From Lepidodermella squamata (Eukaryota; Animalia; Gastrotricha), in the NCBI GenBank assembly GCA_047495785.1, contig JBLDXI010000029.1, positions 3,038,001-3,102,000 of the forward strand: DNA of 64,000 nt. The letters are read 5' to 3'. The notes beneath the pieces were generated by a model. It was not told where the DNA came from, made no database searches, and saw only the letters and a program-made list of their open reading frames with translations. Position numbers and translations under genes: made by a program. Positions 15,106 to 28,248 of this stretch are shown piece by piece (position 1 is the stretch's first letter; each line of letters opens with the position of its first letter).

Positions 15106-16325
15106 TGATAAAACAATATACACACTAAAAAAATTGGTAAAAAAACATGAAAAAATGTACCGAAAAAAATGTATTTTAGGACATATATCAATCGAATGAG
15201 CAAAGTCAGACGATTCGATTGGTATACGTCACTAGAATTGGTCGAAAAATCGTCTGAACCCGCCACTTGAACGTTTTGAAAAACACTGCGTGCTGGTTAT
15301 TTTTATTTGTTATTGCGCGCGCGCATGATTTCATTTTCAGGTGGATTATTTTCGCGCGGCGGCGAAATTAACTACTATAGTAGACACAATAACACCCCAC
15401 GGAGTCACCCGTTGTTTGCTTATCTACTGAAAATGATAAATTTTTCACGCACCGATATTATTATCATTTTATAGTAACACCCAATAGTCGCGGGGGTGAT
15501 GTGTGTAAAAATACGATTTTTTTTTATTGTTAATATTTAATTTCCGCGTAGACACTTGCGTGAGTCACAGCTGGGCGTGTTTTATTGTAGAAAAATCGCC
15601 GATTCAATTACGATATATCAAATAAAAGGAGTGTCTATAGGGATTGGCCGAAATCGCCGTTGCTGTATATTTTATTATGCAAATTATCAAACTGGGCACG
15701 GGCGATGGTCCAGTTTTCGCGTGTACTCTTCGACGGCGTCGCTCAGTGTGGCTTTCCATAGAAATTCGGCTTCGTCTCGCAGCCACACGTAGCCGCGGGT
15801 GGTTTTGCGAAATTGACACGTATACTGCGATTGAAAGCGGTTTAGGCACTCGAGTTCGAATCGCTTACGAGCCAGGTCCGTTATAAGTCCGGCCAGGGCT
15901 ACGTGAGAAATGCAGTCCGATTTGTTGCTGGAATTGGTGTCCGAAATTAGGAAAAAATTATAGGTCAAACTCCAGAATGTAACACAGCCGAATAACAACA
16001 ACATACAAATAATTCCTTGCTTATTTCGATTAATTTTCAGTGAGATATTTGCGGCTATAAATGGGTTGATGGTGCGATTAATTCAATTTATATAATATTA
16101 ATTTTCCGTCTCATTGAGCAATGAACAACATTAGGACAAAACAAATTTATTTGCGTAAAAATATAGGTTAGAGAGGGCTGTTATATAGAAATGGCCGCAA
16201 TAATGAGTGATTATCGACGAGACCATGAATTTCGAAGGCGAAAAAATCAGATTTTTGAATGAGAAGTAAAAACAAGTGGTGAAATTTATTCAAAAAATGT
16301 CCACATTGCAGGTTTATTTTAAATC

Positions 16326-17067
16326 GGTTCTACGACATTTCAGCCAACTCAGCTCAGCCAAGCGACAACTCAGCCCGACATTTCAGCTAACGACAACTCA
16401 GCCAAAAATGTTGAAACGACATCTCAGCCAACGACAACTCAGCCAAAACTCAGCCAAAATTAATAATAATATTTTAAATAAATGAAAACGACATTTCAGC
16501 CAAAACTCAGCCAAAATCAATTAATTTTCAATTAAAACGGCAATTTATTACGTAATATCAATCAAATGATTTGAGAGGGCGCCTGGGAAGGATCAGACCC
16601 AGCTATCGGACCCAACAACGTTGGATGCTACAGGCTTTGAAGACGGGGTGGTCCAGGAAGAAGCTGTGGTTAAGGAAGGCATGGTTCAGGAAGACCGATG
16701 ACGAGGACAAGGACGCGCCTAGATGGTATTGGGGCGAGGCAGAGGTCGTCTACCAGTATCCTAAATCAGTCAACGTTTTTCGGTCATGTCCTACGATATC
16801 TGATCCTTCTCGAACCATTTGATTGATATTACGCAATTAATTGCCCATTTTTCTGAAGTTAATTGATTTTGGCTGAGTTTTGGCTGAAATGTCGTTTTCA
16901 TTTATTTGCAATATTAATATTAATTTTGGCTGAGTTTTGGCTGAGTTTTCGTTGGCTGAGATGTCGTTTCAACGATATTAAAAATGTTTGGCTGAGTTGT
17001 CGTTAGCTGAAATGTCGTGGCTGAGTTGTCGTGGCTGAGTTGTCGTTGGCTGAAATGTCGCACTACG
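16326..17067. mobile_element. Foldback / Mutator-like non-autonomous element
   Basis: ~240-bp inverted arms (16326-16570 and 16818-17067) built from ~15-bp subrepeats cgacaactcagccaa. Direct repeat tttaaatc on both flanks (16318-16325, 17068-17075). GC-richer 250-bp spacer. Confidence 0.8.
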
Positions 17068-17773
17068 TTTAAATCGTGTCCCATGTGTAACGCAAGCCAA
17101 GAAATAATTACACGGGAAAGGGTTCAGAAACTTCTTAAATGAGAAACGAAATCACATCTCATGGCCAGAAAAATTGTGGAAGAATTCAAAAAATCACGAG
17201 AGTGGTAATCAATTATGTCATTATGGGGGTTGTGATCGAAAGGTGCATCAAATTTTTTCGAAATGTTCGATCAGCTTCATTATCAGCAGCCTCTGGACAG
17301 GTGAGAATTGTCAAAAGAATGATATGGTTTCTTCCAGCAGCACTATTTATTCAAATTTACTGTTACTGGTATCAATAGAACTACTGTTAAGCTTCGCTTG
17401 GACAATGATTACGCGACGTAAACAATTGAAAATATGCTTGCCGATCTTTGGACCAATAACGAGTCATTTTGAGTGCTCATTAGCAAGAAAGTTTGGAGTT
17501 TCAAGATTCACGCCTGAAAGTACGAATAAAAAAAAACTGAAAATCAGCTAGTTTTGCTTGGACTTTTAGAATAATTGAAAAAATAAAATTAATTAACTAA
17601 TTAATATTTAAATTGAAAAGATGCTTTTTAGCAAACCGACGATGACGAGTTGGGGTTAGGGTTAAGTGGAGTTTCAGGTTTTTACAAAGTCCGATTTTAT
17701 AGGACCCTTGCCTTTAACCAATAATTATAACTGATTATAACTTAGAATTCTACGCGAAAATCCCATATTTTAG

Positions 17774-19093
17774 ACGTTTAACCTTGAAAGGGTACAATCA
17801 ACTTCGGAGCCAAAAGCGTTCAAGGTTGCCATTGGGATCAGATTTGTAGGCTTTGTAGCTGTCTCGATATTAGTTATCATCACCATAGCTGCCTGGCCTA
17901 GACCAAGCTGCAGAATGCCTATTGAATTGCTAAATCTTATGTCACCTTCAAAGAGGAACCCTGAATGGTATGTATAAATAGAATAAAAAATAATACATTT
18001 TGAATGTAATTTATTCTCAGTTTTGACACCTGCGATTCATCGATAAGAATCAATCCAATGCCGGGATCATTCGTATTCCTAGACCGATACTTCCACCTTG
18101 TTAGGTTAGCTTCGAATGACACCGCAACGTGGGGTGATTTCAGATAGTGTATCGATCAATGTTTCCAGGTTTTAACCTAAAAAACTGGTATTTTTGCAAA
18201 CGATTCTTCGTCTCATCACTTCTCGCAATTTAAGCGGCAAAAATTGATTTTCAGAAAAACATACAGTCTAACTTTTGGGACCCACCCAAGTCTTTGTAGT
18301 GATTGAATGATTCAGCATGGGCTTGTGATACGATGGAGCATGGATACGATTGGAAATGAGCTGAGGATTCTGAAAATGTGTTCAAAATTGGTAAAATCGG
18401 CATCCAAGTAGGTGAAAAGTGTTGCCTACTACCTGGCACTGCCATTTTTTATGAGCGTAATGGCGAGTGGCTGAAAAAGGGTGCGTAATAAATTGTAAAT
18501 AACCATTTTTTGCTGATTTTTTGCATTCGCATGGACTTCTTCCCTATTACTGAGCCTTGCATCCTCTACTCATTCGGGTATATAGGACTTTTTTACCAGA
18601 TTTTTTGAGATTTCCTACAATTTATTTTAGAATAAATTACGACTTCACATTCGATGACGACTTAGCTGCTCGTGGTTGCTCGGTTTTTTCCTTCGATATG
18701 ACGATGAATGCTTCAGAGCCAATTCGAGATAACGGTGTTCACTTCTTCCAGCTAGGAATTAATGGCGAAGATGAACAAAATCGCAAAAACAACACAAACA
18801 CCTTGGCCGAGATTATGAAGATGCTGAACCATACCTATATAACCGTGCTAAAACTCGACGTTGTACTCGACGAATGGGTTTCATTGCGAAGGGCCCTTGA
18901 TGACGGGGTGATGGGGAATGTTGGGTTCCTTTCGATCGAATGGCACATCTACGGCAGTAATCCGCTTCGGTATAATTTAAATAGGCTGGAGCGATTTGGT
19001 AACGGTTTGGTTTATGGTCTATGGAGCTTAGGCTACCGGAAGTACTATACTTTGAAAACTGGTACGCGCGGCATGATCAGATGCAGTATTTAA
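17774..19093 (+). CDS. METTL24-like (Methyltransf_22/FkbM-type) methyltransferase with N-terminal signal-anchor, possibly decaying
   Basis: Exon at 17774-17967 encodes the TM FVGFVAVSILVIITIAAW. Later exons give PCILYSFG|INYDFTFDDDLAARGCSVFSFD...VHFFQLGI...TLAEIMKMLNHTYITVLKLDV..DEW...FLSIEWH. The start codon and middle exons are unresolved, and one acceptor near 18528 looks mutated. Confidence 0.65.
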
Positions 19094-19359
19094 CAATCGC
19101 AGGCTACTTTAATCAGAATCGAATAATAAAATAAAATTTTCTTAATCAAAAGCAATCACTCAGCTAATGAATTATTTGCACAGTTTTTTTTGCGAATAAA
19201 GTTCTGGCATTTAAATCGAAGGTGATTCCTGATTTCCCTGCAAATTTTAGTGCCGTTTTTCTATTCTCGCCGGATTATTGGCAAATTAAATTATGCTTGT
19301 CGATCATTATAACAAGTCATGTTGAGCGCTCATTTGCATATTAGCAAGGTTGTCAGGAG

Positions 19360-19725
19360 GTTCAAGATTCAAGCTTGAAAGTTCAAATTTCGAAGAAATT
19401 AGAAATCAGCTGGTTTTTTGAAATTTCAGAATAATTGGAAAAATAAAATAAATTAAAAATAGTTTATTATTATTATACATATTTTTTACATTAAAATAAT
19501 GTTTTTTTAGCAAAACAACGATGAGGAGTTGGGGTTTGGGTCAAGCGGAGCTTCGGGTTTTTTTCACTAAGTTCGATTTAATAGGGTCCTTGCCTTTAAC
19601 CACTAATTAAAACTGATTATACTTAGAATTCTATGCGAAAATTCAATATTTTAGACGTTTAACCTTGAAAAGGTAAAATCAACTTCGGAGCCAAAATCGT
19701 TCAAAGTTGCCATTGGGATCAGATG
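19360..19725 (+). repeat. Partial duplicate of the 5' end of the METTL24-like gene
   Basis: Aligns with 17500-17845, ending at gttgccattgggatcagat in both copies. Confidence 0.8.
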
Positions 19726-20344
19726 TATATCATAGATATCTACGGGATTTTTCATCCACATTTTTTAAGGCGGACTTTTTACCTAACAGAATCTTGTGGA
19801 GGTCGCCGATCTATTTCGCAATTTAGCGGAAAATTGTTCAAATTTTTCATTGTGCTGTGAGGAAAACAGTTGTTGCATTATTTCAGTTGATGAAGGCATT
19901 AAGTTCAATTTCGCTCGGTGGGTGTTTGTTTTAGAGTTTTTAACATTCGTGTCGACCGCGCTTGACGTTACAACCGTCAATTTGGCAGCTCATCGTAAAT
20001 TACATATATCAGCAATTAACCAGGCAAAAATGAAGCTAATGCACGCAAATGATATAATAAAGAAGAAAATACACTCGATACTCTCTTGAAATTTAAAACT
20101 TATATAACTGCGCTCCGGCAATAATGTACAAATACCTGGAAACACAGCATCGTCATTTAAAAAAATTAGTTTTAAAAAATGTAAAAAAACTAAGATTGAG
20201 TAGCAAAAAAATATTGAGGTGCAAAATCCATTCTAAACAAATTATCTAATTAAAAATTACGTGTAATTTTGTTTGATATGCCGTTTTTTCAGGGTTATCA
20301 CTATACTTGGTCGTGGCAAGCAGTAAAAGGTGTATTCACAATAA

Positions 20345-21590
20345 ATGAAACCTAAAGAACAGTTTAACATGCTTCAATTAATCACTAAAACCTCAATTTT
20401 GTTTCTAAGCCTTTGTATTAGTGCTAAAGCCTCGTCTGATCAGGCCTGGATTCATCTATCAGCTTCCATCTATTCAATCAGCAGTGGCAATAATTGCGAA
20501 TCTAAATCTGGTCAGTTCGTATTGCACGCTGAGCTGACAAATTCGTCATCGTTAATCGAATTTGAATCAAATAATTATGGCAAGCGAGAAATTATAACTG
20601 GTCAACTTTCGGAAAATGGCGGTGAAATCGGAGACATTTTCAAGTTGGTTTGCTACCCAGCTCAAGGTAGCAATGCCAGCTGCGATTTGACGGACTTTCT
20701 ATCTTCAAATGGCTCCAGCTCCAGCATCGGCGATTCGAAGAATTTTTATCAGATTTTATTGCAAAATTTATTGCAATTAACGGCTTCAACCAACGCTCCT
20801 GATGAGTTAGTTGTAAATTTGAAGTATGGCGGTGAAAATTTCAAGTCGGCAGTGACGTTTGATTTTTCGAAACGGCTGGAATTAGTGCAATTTTCCTGTG
20901 TGGCGATGAGTGACCCGATTTCGTTGGAAAGTGCAATGCAAAAGGTCAACGCTGGTACGCACATTATTGCAGAGGTAAGCAATAAAAAGGCATAAAATCT
21001 GGGTCATCAACGATTTATCACTCGCAATTCCTTGTTTTCATATAAAAAATGCCAGAATATTTCATAAAATTTATCTCGATTATTTTTAATTTTGTTCGAA
21101 TTTTTTTTATAAATCTATAATTTTCCTCAATGCCATCCTTTTTTTTTTTTATTTTAATTTAAAATTTTATGTCGTTGTTTTTTTTAGTTTTTTTTCAACA
21201 TTTCCTAAAATTTTGAATTTTTAAAATTTTTTTATTATTTTTCAGGACGATTATGCTGATGATGATTCATATGCCGATAATGGAGGATTTAAAATTTGGT
21301 ACCTCGCTATTCCAATCCCACTCATTATCATCGCCATCGCAATTGTCATTCGATTGAGGATGAATAATTTCCAAAAGCCGTTAAACGACGGGAATCTCCA
21401 TCATTTACTGCACCTTCAAGCTATTGCTATTCTCATGGATAAAGACCCGATGTCACCTGAGGACATAACATTCGCCTTGAATGATTCTAAACGATCGAGC
21501 ATTGTGCCATCTTCGATTTACAGCGAACCCAGCTGGTCGCCTCTACTAAAGACTTTTGAAGAAGATTCGATGAGAACAAAAACAATTTGA
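20345..21590 (+). CDS. Orphan type I single-pass membrane protein (2 exons)
   Basis: Signal-like ILFLSLCISAKA and a ~190-aa ectodomain with 4 Cys. Phase-0 intron 20975-21245. Exon 2 gives DDYADDDSYADNGGFK, the TM IWYLAIPIPLIIIAIAIVI and an ~80-aa tail containing IYSEP. Confidence 0.7.
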
Positions 21591-23725
21591 TTATTAGTAC
21601 CGGCATTTCGAGCTAAAACAAATATTTAAAAATATTTAAGGCTTTTGATAAAATAAGTAAAAATAAAATAATTCTGCTTGAAAATTGTGGACGATTCTGC
21701 TTGATTTATGCTGGGCAAACATGAATTTTTCCATTTTTTTCGAAAAGCATGATGCGCCGAATTTTTATCGAAATTATTTTTGGACTAATGAGTCGCAAAA
21801 AATCAGGTAAATTTACAAAAATCACCAAAATTTGCAGACATCTCGGGAATTCTCTCACTCACTTTTTCATTGAATGTCACCAGTTTTTAAACTTGGACTG
21901 ATTTTTAAACCTCGAAAACATTATTTTATCCGGAATTACCCTATACTATACGGCATATGGTTTTTTTAATCTCCCAAATTTCACAAAATTTCCAAAAAAG
22001 CTGATTTAATTTCCTTTCTTGTCCTAAATGTGCTATCTCGTTGCAATTTTAGTTCTTAATTAAATTTTGAATTAATTGGTCAGCCCAAAAAACAGCCTCC
22101 CAAAATTTGTCTTGAATTCCATGATAAATCCAATTAAATTTTGATTAAAATATATTAGAAATTCGCGTTATTTCGAATTGCGATTTGCGACGCATCACGT
22201 TTATTGCAGTCCGTTCAATTAGCTTCAATTATCGCAATTGATGTTATACGGTCAGGTAATTTTCGTCTGTTTTTTTTTAATTTGATCAATTTCAATGAGG
22301 CACGTTCATTGCCCCGCAAAACCTCGGAAGTTTCGCCTATTTAGGTGCAAGTTGGACAAGCCATTACTCATCTTCTCATCGCATTAATAGCATGAAATGA
22401 GGCTGTCTGGCTGTTGTTGTTGTGGACAATTCAGTGAACTAATTCAACACCTGAGCTTTCTTATAATAAGGTGTTCATATAAAAATCACGCATATCGAAA
22501 ATAGATGCAAGTACTATCTTCGTAATAGTTTGTTATTCGATAGGATAGCAGCTGTTTTTGAACCTGTTGGAAAAGAAGGAAAGACATTGATTTCGTTCAA
22601 ATAACGACAAGGTATCTTGAACATTGAAGCTATACTCTCTTCACAATTTTCACAATTTAGAATAGAAAAACTGAAAATTAACAAGAATAAAATGAAAACT
22701 ATGAAAAAGAAAGGCCGGCGAATTTTTTGAATTTTCCAGCTGGTAAATTGCGAATAATTCAATGGAAGAAAGATAATTCTCATCTTTCTCAACGCCCTAT
22801 AACCCAGAGATTCACAAGAAAAAAAACAGATTTTTTTGTGAGGCAGATTCAAAAAATTGAAGTACGCACCCAAAATTTAGGGTTCCAGCAAGCACTAAAA
22901 TTGCCTCAAACATGGTTTTTCGAGTTTCTAGTCTTCACTAGAATCTCACATGCTTTGTTATCGTGCCTAACCGATAGACCTTCATATTACGCGTAATTCG
23001 CGCTATTAGCGGTCAGTTTACGAATAATACTAAATCGTATAGAGCCGATATCGATTCAAAGTATCGATTTTACAAATCAGTGATTTTGCCGATATCAACC
23101 GTCTTGGAACCCAACATTGATAACTTTTCTACATAGCTTAGGGCGCCAGGTAGCTAAAATAGAAAATCCTAGGCTCAGAGATGGCATCAGTATCGATCAA
23201 AAAAAAAGAAAACGCTGAGAGAACGCTCTCAAAGAATATGAAAAATGTGGTACCAGGACACTTTTATTTAGAGCTGGAACCTCATTTTTAGTGCTGCAAA
23301 TATTTGGACCCTTAGAAATATAGCTGGTGCAGATAGCTTATTTAGCAGGGTGGCCAAAAACCGCCGCAGGTGCGAAGTTCATTCATTGGAGTGCGCGTTA
23401 ATTTCTTCAAAATCTTCATAAAATTATTGATGCGCACTTTCTGGGGCCACCGATAAAAAAATATCTCTATAAAAATAAAAAATAGGTATGCATTTTTATC
23501 AGTTTTTATCAGTTTGGGAAACCGCTATGCCTCAGCTTTGTCACGTGATGTCACACCTTATCTTCCTATAATGGTGATAGCTGCGGTTTTAGCTGCAATT
23601 TTCCCAGAACCATTCAAGATCTCAAAAAAAAAATCAACACGCGTTATTCCTTTAATTTAAAATCCGATTTTTCCAAAAAAAATAACGGCAATTTTGAGCA
23701 CAGGTGTTGTTAAGTATATTACTGT

Positions 23726-24151
23726 TCAGCAATGCCTAAGGAGTGGATTTTTCGAAAATTGAACCACAACTCTTTGGAGAGTTCTATTCCACAAATTTTC
23801 CGTCTCCTGCCGCGTCCACAGGTAGAAAGTCGCCCGCCTTAAACAGATCGATTTCGATCGAAATTGAGCCATGCAATCGGCCATAAATTCATGCTGTGTA
23901 TGCTTGAATAACGTTCGAAAATACACGTCGTAAGGAATGCAAGGAATTTTCGCAGATTCGACTTTTTTCGCAACTGAAATTAAAAATAATTTAATAAAAA
24001 TTAATTGAAATTTAAATAAATTTAATTTACCTTTGGTGTTATCGTTTATCAAATTGATAATTCTCGATGTTTCACCAGAATTTTCCGAGGCTGATAAATA
24101 GCCGATGAGTGCGAAAATCGTGAGAAAAAACATTGCAGCGTTGAAAATCAT
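23726..24151 (-). CDS. Secreted protein, C-x9-C / FYLW family member 2 (2 exons)
   Basis: MIFNAAMFFLTIFALIGYLSA signal peptide; ~57-nt phase-1 intron at about 24030-23974. Domain CIPYDVY...EFMADCMAQFRSKSICLRRATFYLW...LW...C*. TATAAA about 40 nt upstream. Confidence 0.8.
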   Translation of the reverse strand: MIFNAAMFFLTIFALIGYLSASENSGETSRIINLINDNTKGKLNLFKFQLIFIKLFLISVAKKVESAKIPCIPYDVYFRTLFKHTQHEFMADCMAQFRSKSICLRRATFYLWTRQETENLWNRTLQRVVVQFSKNPLLRHC

Positions 24152-25951
24152 TTTTTCAGCATGGGAAAAATTGGCTGTTGCAACCTAGTATTTATAATAA
24201 CGAACCCAAATTAGCTTAATCAAAAGTTCCGACATTGCTTGACAAGTAAAGGTGACGGGGGTAAATTAACTTCAGACAGATTAGACATGTGTTCTTGTAA
24301 AGAATACGGGCTAATTATACTCTCGGATGCCCTCGACTGGCGTTTTTTTTATTATTGTGAAGGCAAACTGAGACAGACAGGTAATTTTTAGTGTCATGCA
24401 ATTTCCAAGAATTTAATTTGTCTTAATTTTATTTATTGGAAATTTTTTATCCCACTGCAAAAATTTCCTGGTTTTTTTAATTTTGAAATAATTTTGAATT
24501 CAAAAAATTCAAAATTTAATGATAATTTTTTTTATAATTTTCCAGCCGATTAAGTCTTGCGTGTGCCTATAATTAGGATAATTTACCTGCCCCAGACGTC
24601 TAAGAACGCGCGTGATGTTGTTTACGATTTTAAAACGTCCATAATTATAATAGCTAATTTTTCTAAGAAATTTCATTCCTTCAATCATCATTATATCGCG
24701 TCAATTAATTAGCCTAATTTTAAATTCCGGTGTGATAATTGATCACGCGACTTTTACCCGCCTGCGGATGAGAGGCGACATTTTTGTGCCTCAGGATTCG
24801 AATTTGAAGACAATTATTTTTTGAAGAGATAGCACAGACGTCTTTATAAATCATGACAACATGTTCAACCGAGAAACTTTGATCAGTTTTATCTTGTCGT
24901 GTACTAAATAATGGGAAAATATATCGACCCAATGATCCGGTTTTGTCCATCTCGAAAGTAAAAATATTTCGCTGATCAACTTTTCGTGGTTTTGTACATT
25001 TCAGAAAATAGGTTCCGAGTGTTAAATTTAGGGTTCCACCGCTGCAAAATTAAAAACTAATTATCCAAATTTTGCGCAATCGGAGGTCAATTTCCGAGTT
25101 AGGATTCAGTCTCCAGATGCCAGATCCGATATCGATTTCTGGTATCGATTATCGATTCTTGGCCGAACATTGAAATGGGAATAGAATGTTAGTTCGGTAT
25201 CTATCTCACTCAAAGCGATTGAAAATTTCGAAGAAATTCGGTCCCACCGGGAAAATTACCGAAAATTCCCGAACCAGTTAACATCGGGTTTTTCCGGGTT
25301 TTCCGCGCTACATGTTTTGAATTTTCGGAAAACTTTTATTAGGGCGGAAAATCTCAGGGTTGCGGCTGCGATACAGTAAGAAAAGAAATTTGAAAAGTTG
25401 CAAATGGAAATTGGAACGTCATTGGGGCTTTTGTCCCATAACCACGCGACCATTTTGCTAATTTTTCAGGCTTTTCATTTATTTTCCGAAAAACTGTAGC
25501 CTGAGGGACACGTTTCCTATCCTTTATTCGCGATTTCACCGAAGAAATTTAAAAATTACCGAGAAAAAACTCCGATGGTAACTAGTTCGGGTTTTTTCGG
25601 TATTTTTCCCGGTAAGAACCCATTTTTTCCAATTTTTTCATGCTTTAGCAAAGTTTCATGCGTGGCTGTATTGACATTTTTTATTCTTGTCATTAAATTG
25701 GACATTACCGCTCAGAATTTCTTATCAGTTTTTCTCGCATTTTCCTCAGCTGCGTCATTTATAATGGGACACTCGTCCGAAAATTTCACAGATTTATTTT
25801 TCCAGGCAAGATTCGCAACATCAAATCGTGAAAACAACATAAAGCGGCGAAATAGCCCAACAAGCTTTTGGCCTCATTTCGGACAATTCACCGGGAATCA
25901 TCACATTATTATTTTTACAAAATTAATTTCCTAAAAATAATGATACAACTA

Positions 25952-26569
25952 TTATTTATCCTCGCAAAAATCTAGCGGTTGAAGTTGCCGCATGATGTTG
26001 TCGCGATTCGCCTGCATTTTATCGCGCCACATTTGACTAACAGCATCCTGTTCCCAGATAAAGTACGCCGTCGATTGCGTGCATATCGAATAGAATTTAA
26101 ACCGTTGTAGGCACTCGGCGACGAATTCGGCCTCTTCAGCCAGCTGAATCAACTCAACTTGCCGTACAATCGCATTTAGAGTACACGTTTTAACCAATAA
26201 TTTCAAATTCTCTCGCACTAAAAAAATTGAAAAAAATTTGAAAATTATTGAAATTTAATTTAAAAAATAACTCACTATTTTCTAATGTATCTGAGATGGC
26301 ATGGAGTTTTTTTGAGGTCACGGAAATTCTGCTACCTTCCTCTAATTTACTCAACAATGCGCTGGCTAAAAATTGAAAAATTATGAAAAAAATTTTGAAA
26401 TTTTTTTGAAAAATTTACCTTCAGGGGAAATGTGTTGCTTATTCGTTCTCCGGTGTAATCTTGCCTCTGAGAAGTCTGAAATTGCGATAAATCCGAATAT
26501 GACCAGTACATAGGTCCATTTAGCGAAATTGCTCAAATTTACGCTGCTATTTATAGCGAAATTCGTCAT
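25952..26569 (-). CDS. Secreted protein, C-x9-C / FYLW family member 3 (3 exons)
   Basis: ATG 26569 and hydrophobic WTYVLVIFGFIAISDFSEA. Two short phase-1 introns. Last exon ...CTLNA...EFVAECLQRFKFYSICTQSTAYFIW...MW...C. TATATAAA at 26660-26653. Confidence 0.75.
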
Positions 26570-27725
26570 ATTTTTTTGCAATACAATTGCCAAGAAAATA
26601 AAATTGCTTTGAAAGTGATGTCGAATAATTCTGGGCGGATACAAAACCGGCATTTATATAGGGCCGCGATTAAACCCCCCACGTTGTTTGAAAAACAGAT
26701 ATGATTAATGCTTTTTACCGTTCAAGATAATAAGTGCAATATTATTATATTAGCTAATTTTTTTTCGGTTTATTATGTTTTTTTATTACCGCGCCGCTAA
26801 TTAGGTATACAAAAAAGGTATCGGTGAGATAAGACCCGGGACGCGGGGCAAATGTTAACAGTCTCTATGACACGTTTAGCACCACGCTGACGTCAATCGA
26901 CCGGAACGGTAGTGTTGTTTTCTTACTAAAATACCTTTTCATTGATTACATAAGATTACATAAGATACCGCACACCTTCAGATTTTTTCGAATTTGTCCT
27001 TGAGCGAAAATATCGCACGAATATTTTTCAATTTTAATTCAAAAAATTGGAAAAATTCGGCTTCCACATGGCGATTTTAGATTTTGGATTTATGATTTTT
27101 TCAAAAATTTAATAAAATTTTGAAATTTTGAAGATTTAAAATGATATTAAATTGAAAATTTGTCGAATATTTTGAATATTTTTCCTCTCCATTTTTTCAA
27201 TTTTTAAGGTAGCAAGATTTTTTGCGAAGTCTTTAATGCGGCTATCTCGTTAGTCGTGCACAGGTAATAAAAATTCCTCCGCGCACTTTATCTCGCGCAC
27301 TATAGTTCCCAAGAAAAACAACTCGTCGCGCCTTGTGTGCCAAACAATGACGCGGCAATGCGCAAACGAGACACGCCTATATTATTAATAAATTGAGGTT
27401 TTTTTTTCTAGGACACACCGCCGTTACGCACGAGTGCTTCACGTGTCAAAATGGCGACTCATTTTTTTCTTTGCTTCGTGGCTATTACTCACTTGAACCT
27501 TGGCCAAAAATACTTGATAAAAAAAATTGAAAAAAATCCTCCTTAATCGAAAAAATTCAGCGCTGGAACGCCAATTTTACATTGACCTCAAAAACGTGGA
27601 CTCCAATTTTTTTCAATAGAAAAATTCTTCATTTTATTATGTTCAAAGAGATTGGAAAGCTGAGTATTACAAAAAAGCTAAAACACAACAACATTATTTG
27701 ACACTAATTAAACGAGATTATTACA

Positions 27726-28248
27726 TCAACGTTCACTTTTATCTATCGCAGAATCGTTACTACTACTAATACTGCCGCCGTCGCCATTGTTTTTATTGAG
27801 CAGCCGCCTCGCCTCCATTTGCTGCCAAATGTAGAACATGGCCGAGTTGTTGCACACGGATTTCGATTTGAACGTTTTGAGACACTTCGAAGCCGCGGCT
27901 TGCCGCTCTTTTTGCTTGATAAATTGCAACAACAGTGTCAAACTGTCGTACTCCTTATTTTCAATCATCGTCGAAATCAATTGTTCAGCTGTAAGAAAAA
28001 AATTTATCAATTTGAATTTTCAAGAAATTTCGGAAAATTTTACCTGTTTTAAGGTCAGTCGAAGGTTTCGGCCCAGTCGCGCTTTGTTTCCGGCTTTTCA
28101 GCGCCTTAAAAATCGAGGCGAATAGTTGAGTTTCGGAGCTGGACGGATCGCTGTTGAACGCGGCCTGGCTGGGTGCCGGCAGCAATGTCGCAATTAAAAC
28201 GGCAATAGAAATCGCCGAGCAGTAGCATTTCATCGTTAAATCGTTCAT
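27726..28248 (-). CDS. Secreted protein, C-x9-C / FYLW family member 4 (2 exons)
   Basis: MKCYCSAISIAVLIATLLPAPSQA signal peptide; phase-1 intron at about 28043-27990. Domain SKCLKTFKSKSVCNNSAMFYIW lacks the outer Cys pair. Confidence 0.75.

Noticed and set aside
16326-16515. Short direct repeats that could be mistaken for a CRISPR array
   Set aside because: Repeats are abutting with no unique spacers, are mirrored in an inverted arm with a TSD, and there are no cas genes; the context is eukaryotic.
17652-17666. ggggttagggttaag telomere-like sequence
   Set aside because: Only one full TTAGGG unit, and not conserved in the duplicate near 19530.
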